Assembly: GCA_040770465.1 (NCBI GenBank)
Contig: JAXGJB010000043.1
Location: forward strand, 1 to 22,821
Reading direction: 5' to 3'
Length of the DNA: 22,821 nt
DNA from: Methanothrix sp.
GTDB lineage: Archaea > Halobacteriota > Methanosarcinia > Methanotrichales > Methanotrichaceae
The notes under the pieces were generated by a model. The model had not been told where the DNA came from. It did no database searches and saw only the letters and a list, made by a program, of their open reading frames with translations. The position numbers and the translations under genes were made by a program. Each line of letters begins with the position of its first letter. Positions within the stretch are counted from its first letter, which is position 1. Below are positions 17,462-22,821 of this stretch, piece after piece.

Positions 17462-17991
17462 GGACGTTTTCCGGTCATATCCAGGATGGAGGGGCGAGAT
17501 CCCATCTCCACGATCTCCGTCGCAAGGGACTCTGTATCCAGGATCGCCACCGTCTTTCGGCCGGTGAAGTGGCCCCATACCTCCCCAGGGTTGATCATCA
17601 GGGTATCTCCGGGAACGACCCTCACGTGATGGTCGTGCCCCCGGACGACTACGTCGTAGCGGCCCGAATCCACGAGAGCCGTCACCAGGGGCTCGTAGGT
17701 CCCGTGGAGGAGGGCGATCGATCTGCCGCCTGCCTCGACCTCGCCGAAATCCTCGAGAAACTCGCCACCCACCCGAGCGAAGTCGCGCTTGAGGCCAGTT
17801 CGGTCGCCGTCGTTGTTCCCGTAGACGAGCTTGAGCTCGCCCGCCCATCCATCGAAGGCGTAGCACATTCCGGGGGCTATTACGTCGCCGGCATGGAGGA
17901 TCATCTCGACGTTCCGTTTCTTGAAGATCGCCACGGCCTCCAGAAGGCCGGGGAAGTTGTCGTGGGAGTCGGACATTAGACCAATCAGCAT
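17458..17991 (-). CDS. Metallophosphoesterase, YfcE/MJ0936 family
   Basis: SDSHDN, HAGD, GNND, LHG, GHDH and NPG motifs. Confidence 0.95.
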   Translation of the reverse strand: MLIGLMSDSHDNFPGLLEAVAIFKKRNVEMILHAGDVIAPGMCYAFDGWAGELKLVYGNNDGDRTGLKRDFARVGGEFLEDFGEVEAGGRSIALLHGTYEPLVTALVDSGRYDVVVRGHDHHVRVVPGDTLMINPGEVWGHFTGRKTVAILDTESLATEIVEMGSRPSILDMTGKRP

Positions 17992-18158
17992 GATATCACA
18001 AACCTTTTGCCAGGAGGGAGGGTCTTTGGGCTTGACAGCCCGGAGAAAGACAGTGATCCTCGTTTATAGCTTTTGACGCTCCACTTTCAGAAACGGATAT
18101 GCGCCAAGCCCATACTAATCGAAAGGGCTAAATACGAGAATGGCTTTGCATCGTTGGA

Positions 18159-18265
18159 CCCGCCTTAACTCAGCCTGGTAGAGTGCGCGGCTGTAGTAGG
18201 TTTCGCGCCAGAAGGCGCACCGTGCGGCTACCGCGATGTCCCCGGTTCGAATCTGGGAGGCGGGA
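18159..18265 (+). tRNA. tRNA-Tyr(GTA) with a 33-nt canonical intron (18197-18229)
   Basis: Acceptor CCCGCCT/AGGCGGG with discriminator A (C1-G72), D stem ACTC/GAGT, anticodon stem CGCGG/CCGCG, T loop TTCGAAT. Bulge-helix-bulge at position 37/38. Promoter-like CGAAAGG-GCTAAATA at about 18120-18134. Confidence 0.96.
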
Positions 18266-18276
18266 CCTTGCTTTGA

Positions 18277-18349
18277 GTCCGGATAGTGTAGAGGCCTATC
18301 ATGAAGCCCTGTCGAGGCTTCGACCCGGGTTCGACTCCCGGTCCGGGCG
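18277..18349 (+). tRNA. tRNA-Asp(GTC)
   Basis: Acceptor GTCCGGA/TCCGGGC with discriminator G, anticodon arm AAGCC-CTGTCGA-GGCTT, T arm CCGGG-TTCGACT-CCCGG. Confidence 0.97.
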
Positions 18350-18357
18350 CTGAATGG

Positions 18358-18392
18358 GGGCGCAAGCATCGAAACTTGCGCCCTTCTCTTCT
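18358..18392 (+). terminator. Hairpin plus pyrimidine tract after the tRNA pair
   Basis: GGGCGCAAG-N8-CTTGCGCCC followed by TTCTCTTCT. Confidence 0.65.
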
Positions 18393-18447
18393 GATCCCAT
18401 CTTCTGCCTCGAAGGTCAGGGACGTTCGACTTTCGTAGCAGTTCAAT

Positions 18448-18461
18448 CGAAAAGTTTATTA
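18448..18461 (+). promoter_or_regulatory. BRE/TATA promoter with no downstream protein gene
   Basis: CGAAAAG-TTTATTA is near-consensus. Predicted start is about G18484. Confidence 0.7.
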
Positions 18462-18483
18462 CTAAATGATATGATTTCCATTT

Positions 18484-18627
18484 GTCGTGTAAAACGTTTC
18501 CATCTATCCACAGAAGAACCGCAACCAAGCCCGCCATCATGCGGTGAGACGCACGACATCACCGCTGCCTTGATGGCAGAGGAGGTGCCCAGGTCCCTCG
18601 GTGGGGCCGGGCATCCTCGACTCTTTT
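18484..18627 (+). ncRNA. Candidate structured small RNA (~144 nt), family not recognised
   Basis: Own promoter, extensive base pairing, and a final GC-rich hairpin followed by TTTT. No credible ORF. Confidence 0.55.
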
Positions 18628-18679
18628 ATGCGCCGTCCTTATGAGCATCCCCCATCTCAGCATCTTCAATTGTCGGGCA

Positions 18680-19078
18680 TCAGGAGCCAGATTTCGTCTC
18701 CAGCTCCTCTATCCTCCTCTTCAGGATCTTGATCTTCTCATCAAATAGCTCCCAATCGACGCTCCGATTGGCGGTGAGGACTTCCAGAAGCTTGATCAGC
18801 TCCTGGGTGGACTCGTCCTCTGAGAACCACGGATGGGCTGCAGAGAGCCCCTCGAGCCGTTCCTCCAGAGCTTCGTAGTTCTCGATCAGGCGGTCATCGG
18901 GGGATTCCCTGTTCTCCTGGAGGAGGTCGAGGGGTCTCATCAGGCTCTCAAGGCACCGGTAGTACTCGAGAAGGCTCTCTCTGGTAAGTATTGGAGGAGC
19001 CATCTCCACATCGAGAGGTTCGTAGGGCTTCGCGATCTGCTGAAGTTTCTCGCACCACCTTGCCCAATAATCAGTCAT
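18680..19078 (-). CDS. Hypothetical helical protein
   Basis: 132-aa ORF with a GGAGG RBS, host-like codon usage and charged amphipathic helices. Confidence 0.8.
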   Translation of the reverse strand: MTDYWARWCEKLQQIAKPYEPLDVEMAPPILTRESLLEYYRCLESLMRPLDLLQENRESPDDRLIENYEALEERLEGLSAAHPWFSEDESTQELIKLLEVLTANRSVDWELFDEKIKILKRRIEELETKSGS

Positions 19079-19228
19079 ATGCCGGATTCCTCCAGCAATT
19101 AAGTAAGGCTGTAACGTACTTAGTTCTATCGGGCATTGTCCGAAACGCCTAGTCTTCTTCCCATAATTGGGATGAAGAAATCAGGGCGATCCCTCGGTGG
19201 CAGGTCTCAGCGGTTTGCGGCCTTTCCT

Positions 19229-19666
19229 TCAAGGGAACTGGCGGGCGCAGGTCCTGGTCTTGCTGGCGCAGCGGCTCGACCAGAGCGGCCCATCGTTTGG
19301 GACCGGCCCTCGTTCCCTGAAGTTGTAGAGCCTCCAGCCGATCTTCATCCCGTCTGAGACGGCGAGGCTATCGGGCATCTCCATTGGGATCCGCCAGCCA
19401 GCATCGCCCCGCTCGAAGACGTAGTAGAGCCAGGCGTGGTCGATGTCGTTGGAAACGCCGTCTATGGCCGTCACCATCGATCCCAAATGGCCGGTGGCGC
19501 TCTCGTCCGCGGTGACGACGACCTCGGCCGAAGCCTCCAGGGCGTCGAGGACGGAGGCGCCGGAGGCGAGCCTCACTGCCTGGTGCCTGATCCTATCCCC
19601 CCCGTAGTTTATGGAGACGAAGGCCTTGATCTCGCCCTCGCCGCCCCTCTTCCGGCCAAAGAACAT
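19229..19666 (-). CDS. DUF4430-like (transcobalamin C-terminal-like beta-grasp) protein
   Basis: SVLDAL, G.MVTAIDGV.N, W.YYV and V.DG..I.W pattern. ATG 19666 is preferred over 19717. No signal peptide. Confidence 0.7.
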   Translation of the reverse strand: MFFGRKRGGEGEIKAFVSINYGGDRIRHQAVRLASGASVLDALEASAEVVVTADESATGHLGSMVTAIDGVSNDIDHAWLYYVFERGDAGWRIPMEMPDSLAVSDGMKIGWRLYNFRERGPVPNDGPLWSSRCASKTRTCARQFP

Positions 19667-19817
19667 CTGGTGGTGGGTTGGCCCGATGATACAAGACCTT
19701 ACCGGCTGGAGTCTCACGAGGCGAAGTCAGGCCGATGCCCTGAATAAAAGTGGTCGGGCCAAAAGGGGGTTTCTGGTCCAGACGCGCCTTCCCTCCCGAA
19801 ACTTTTTGTACATAAAG

Positions 19818-22205
19818 ATGTGTGGTATTTGGCAGGAGGGATACTCGACGAGATCGAAGCCGCTCATCGTCCTGGCGCTGCTGATGCTATCGCTGGCTGC
19901 AACCGCGCTGGCTCAAACGACGGGCAATGAGAGCGGCACAGATCAGATAGTAGTTGGAAGTGAAGATGAGGTAACCTCAGCAAAACCAGAACATATCGCT
20001 ACAGCCAGCCCCAACAAAAGCACGCCTGAGGAGACACTGACGGAAAAATCCACCACATCTAAAACATCTGACTCAATCAAATATATTCTTAGTTGGGTAT
20101 TAGCCATCATAGGTGCCATTGGCGCTTTGATAGCAATTTATGAATTTCTTTATAAGAGACGTATCGAAAATAAACGGCTAACTACTGAAGAAAATACCTC
20201 TATAACTACTGAGTCAATTCGCAATATCCCCTTCTCCCACAACCCCAACTTCACCGGCCGAGTGGACCTGTTAGAGAAGCTCCAGGAAGCCTTGAGTTCG
20301 GGAGAGCATGCCGCGATTACCGATTATCAGGCCATCACCGGCCTCGGCGGTGTCGGCAAAACTCAGCTCGCCCTGGAATACGCCTACAACCACTTGGACG
20401 ATTACCAGGTCATATGGTGGGTCCGCTCCGAGGATACCGCCACCTTAGCCGCTGATTACGCCAATCTGGCCGCGAAGCTCGCCCTCCCCGAGAAGACCTC
20501 TCAGGACCAGAGCACCATCATCTCGGCGGTGAGGAGTTGGCTTGAGCAAAACGACGGCTGGCTCCTGGTCTTCGACAACGCCCAGGACCCCGGAGACCTC
20601 AAGGACTACCTGCCCAAAGTAAGCGGGGGTCACGTGATCATCACCTCCCGGGAATCAAACTGGGGCGGCACAGCAAAGACGCTACCCGTCGACGTCTTCA
20701 GCCGAGAAGAGTCCATCGAATTTCTCCGCAAACGGACCGGGGGGGAGGACGGAGCCGAAGCCCTGGCAGACGCCCTCGGAGACCTCCCCCTGGCTCTGGA
20801 GCAGGCCGGGGCTTACATCGAGGAGACGGGCATAACTCTCTCCGACTACCTCAGCCGGTTCCAGGAAGAGCAGGTGGAGGTTCTGAAACGGGGCAAGCCC
20901 TCATCTTACCCCGCTACCGTCGCCACCACCTGGGAGCTATCTTTCAAGAGGGTCCAAGCCGAATCCGACGCTGGCGCAGACCTCCTTCGCCTCTGCGCTT
21001 TCTTGGCCCCAGACAACATACCCAAATCGCTCCTAGCAGAGGGGGCCGAGCTTCTGCCCGAGCCTTTAGCCTACGTTGTGACGAAACCTCTCGAGTTCGA
21101 CGATGCTGTGGCCGCCCCGAAGCGATACTCGCTTTTGACATTTGCTGACAACTTGCTCTCGATCCATAGGCTAGTGCAGGCCGTAACGCGGAATCGATTA
21201 TCAGATGAAGGACAGAGAATATGGGCCGAGGCTGCCTTGCGGCTTGTCGACGGCTCCTTCCCCGATAGTAATTATGTTCGTGCTTGGCCCTCATGTTCGG
21301 CTATTTTACCTCATGCGCTTGCCGCAGCTAAATGTGCCGAATATCTTCGGGTGGCTCCCAATACGACTGGTCGTCTTCTAAACATGGCTGGCATTTACTT
21401 AAGGCGACGCGGCGATCTCGACGGGGCCAAGTCCGTCTACGAGAAGGCTCTATCGATCCTTAATGAGGCCTACCTTAAAGGATCCACCCACCCCGACGTG
21501 GCCATGACGCTAGGAAATCTCGGTACCGTCCTAGTCGATAAGGGCGACCTCGACGGAGCCAAGGCCGCCTACGAACAGTCTCTGGCTATCTTCAAAGAAG
21601 TCTACGGCCCCGACTCCACCCATCCTGACGTGGCCAAGACGCTCGTAGGCATCGGTAACGTCCTGCACGGCGACCCAGACGGAGCCGAGTCCGCCTACGA
21701 ACAGGCTTTGGCTATCTTTAAAGAAGTCTACGGCCCAGACTCCACCCATCCCGACGTGGCCATGACGCTAGGAAATCTCGGTAACGTCCTTGTCCAGAAG
21801 GACGACCTCGACGGAGCCAAGGCCGCCTACGAACAGGCTTTGACTATCTTCAAAGAAGTCTACGGCCCCGACTCCACTCATCCCGACGTGGCCATGACGC
21901 TAGGAAATCTCGGTATCGTCCTGCACAAGACGGGCGACCTCGACGGAGCCAACGCCGCCTTCGAGAAGGTATTATCGATCTATAATGAGGCCTACGGCCC
22001 CGACTCCACCCACCCCTCCGTCGCCAGGACGCACATGAAACTCGGTATCGTCCTACACAATAAGGGTGACTTCGGCGGAGCCAAGGGCGCCTACGAGAAG
22101 GCTCTATCGATCTTCCGGATGCAGTTTGGTGAGGACCATTCTCTCACGTTGAAGGTGCAGAACTCTCTCGATGCTCTTGAACGCGAGATGAAGAGCAAAA
22201 GATGA
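19818..22205 (+). CDS. Membrane-anchored STAND NTPase (NB-ARC) with C-terminal TPR repeats
   Basis: Signal peptide (ATALA|Q), S/T-rich linker, TM followed by KRR, NPNFTGR, Walker A GLGGVGKT, Walker B LLVFDNA, IITSR, LPLALEQAG, IHRLVQ, and six 42-44 aa TPRs. The nearest ATG is 19818, but the RBS points to ACG 19848. Confidence 0.9.
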   Translation: MCGIWQEGYSTRSKPLIVLALLMLSLAATALAQTTGNESGTDQIVVGSEDEVTSAKPEHIATASPNKSTPEETLTEKSTTSKTSDSIKYILSWVLAIIGAIGALIAIYEFLYKRRIENKRLTTEENTSITTESIRNIPFSHNPNFTGRVDLLEKLQEALSSGEHAAITDYQAITGLGGVGKTQLALEYAYNHLDDYQVIWWVRSEDTATLAADYANLAAKLALPEKTSQDQSTIISAVRSWLEQNDGWLLVFDNAQDPGDLKDYLPKVSGGHVIITSRESNWGGTAKTLPVDVFSREESIEFLRKRTGGEDGAEALADALGDLPLALEQAGAYIEETGITLSDYLSRFQEEQVEVLKRGKPSSYPATVATTWELSFKRVQAESDAGADLLRLCAFLAPDNIPKSLLAEGAELLPEPLAYVVTKPLEFDDAVAAPKRYSLLTFADNLLSIHRLVQAVTRNRLSDEGQRIWAEAALRLVDGSFPDSNYVRAWPSCSAILPHALAAAKCAEYLRVAPNTTGRLLNMAGIYLRRRGDLDGAKSVYEKALSILNEAYLKGSTHPDVAMTLGNLGTVLVDKGDLDGAKAAYEQSLAIFKEVYGPDSTHPDVAKTLVGIGNVLHGDPDGAESAYEQALAIFKEVYGPDSTHPDVAMTLGNLGNVLVQKDDLDGAKAAYEQALTIFKEVYGPDSTHPDVAMTLGNLGIVLHKTGDLDGANAAFEKVLSIYNEAYGPDSTHPSVARTHMKLGIVLHNKGDFGGAKGAYEKALSIFRMQFGEDHSLTLKVQNSLDALEREMKSKR
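21411..22140 (+). repeat. Six near-identical TPR-coding DNA repeats (132-bp unit)
   Basis: Units start at 21411, 21543, 21669, 21801, 21933 and 22065 (spacings 132, 126, 132, 132, 132). The last unit is partial. Confidence 0.92.
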
Positions 22206-22466
22206 GAGGAACATCAAGCGGGCCAAAGGATATCCAGAGTTCTAACTAAGTTCTAAAACGGCCGAGTCTGATGGCCCGCCCCCGACTGGAGGCGCGGTGG
22301 CGAGGATACCACCCACTGGATTTCACCTCCGACAAGGTGGGGAGAGCCGAAAGCCGCTCCACCTTCTGGTTATCGGTGAATAGAGCGGGGGATTACCTAT
22401 CGCTCCCCACCCATCACCTTCTCGATTCCTGGTGACCGCGGGGGGTTTCGAGCCCGGGCTCGAAGT

Positions 22467-22821
22467 CTAAGATCGAATGTACCTGTTCTTGAAGTAGGAG
22501 TACTCGCCGAGGGCCTTTCGGATCGTCTCCCTAGCCCTCTCACCTTCGGCCTCGCCGCCGCAGCAACGCGACGCCACCTCGCCCAGGAGCTCTTCGGGCT
22601 CATAGTTGAAGAACCGGAGGAGCTTATCGCAGACGTCCCCCCGAACGACCTTCGATATCCTCCAGCCGTCGTCCTCGTCCTCCACGGTGACGTGGACCTC
22701 GTTGACGCAGCCGAGAAGGTTGTGGAAGTCTCCCAGGGTGTCCTGGTACGCCCCAAGAAGGAACGTGCCGAGGTGGTAGTCCTCGTCCTTTCTCAGATCA
22801 TGGAGGGCTATGAAGTCGGCA
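22467..22821 (-). CDS. speA: Biosynthetic PLP-dependent arginine decarboxylase, C-terminal part (runs off the window)
   Basis: The frame is open to the window edge: ...IALHDLRKDEDYHLGTFLLGAYQDTLGDFHNLLGCVNEVHV...RGD...LLRFFNY...LGEYSYF. This matches the SpeA pattern LGxFLxGAYQExLGxxHNLFG. Confidence 0.85.
   Translation of the reverse strand, partial: ADFIALHDLRKDEDYHLGTFLLGAYQDTLGDFHNLLGCVNEVHVTVEDEDDGWRISKVVRGDVCDKLLRFFNYEPEELLGEVASRCCGGEAEGERARETIRKALGEYSYFKNRYIRS

Noticed and set aside
17462-17866. N-terminal extension making ogt a 321-aa protein
   Set aside because: It overlaps the phosphoesterase in another frame and is low-complexity Arg/Gly-rich. ATG 17461, coupled to the upstream stop, is the better start.
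18159-18349. tRNA genes as the integration site of the island
   Set aside because: I found no duplicated tRNA 3' end and no integrase, and two host genes separate the tRNAs from the island.
18115-18644. ORFs 18115-18540, 18228-18446 and 18354-18644
   Set aside because: They overlap the tRNA genes, terminator and orphan promoter, and have no protein-like features.
19611-19817. N-terminal extension of the NB-ARC/TPR ORF
   Set aside because: It overlaps the opposite-strand gene and the promoter region, and it would bury the signal peptide.
21411-22140. Diversity-generating retroelement template/variable repeats
   Set aside because: The repeats are in-frame and tandem, the differences are not restricted to adenines, and there is no reverse transcriptase in the window.

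Overview
This 22.8 kb window is archaeal. The GC-rich backbone, BRE/TATA promoters, thermosome and intron-containing tRNA point to a Methanothrix/Methanocrinis-like methanogen (inference). Left arm: thermosome-grpE-dnaK on the minus strand, divergent from a phosphate cluster (pstS, pstB, phoU, AbrB-PhoU regulator; pstC/pstA are absent) and endonuclease V. Between the converging repair genes nfi and ogt lies a ~7.9 kb AT-rich island. It is bracketed by two direct-orientation copies of an IS200/IS605-end-like hairpin element, and the left copy is truncated and fused to a broken metallo-beta-lactamase-fold gene. Both ends of the island carry an inward-facing paralogous two-gene module: a small 3-TM membrane protein plus a tandem winged-helix regulator. 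These enclose a triple 19-bp operator-like array, a PsbP-like/ABC exporter/Ig-like operon, an IS5-family element with an apparently dead transposase, and a secreted protein with acidic repeats. Right arm: phosphoesterase-ogt, tRNA-Tyr (intron) and tRNA-Asp, a promoter-bearing ~144-nt candidate ncRNA with two mutually exclusive folds, a DUF4430-like gene, a signal-peptide/TM-anchored NB-ARC-TPR (NLR-like) protein with near-identical repeats, and the 3' end of a bacterial-type arginine decarboxylase (speA). The best candidates for an undescribed system are the paired membrane-protein/wHTH modules with their operators, the bistable ncRNA, and the receptor-like NLR. All calls come from reading motifs by eye; no searches were run.
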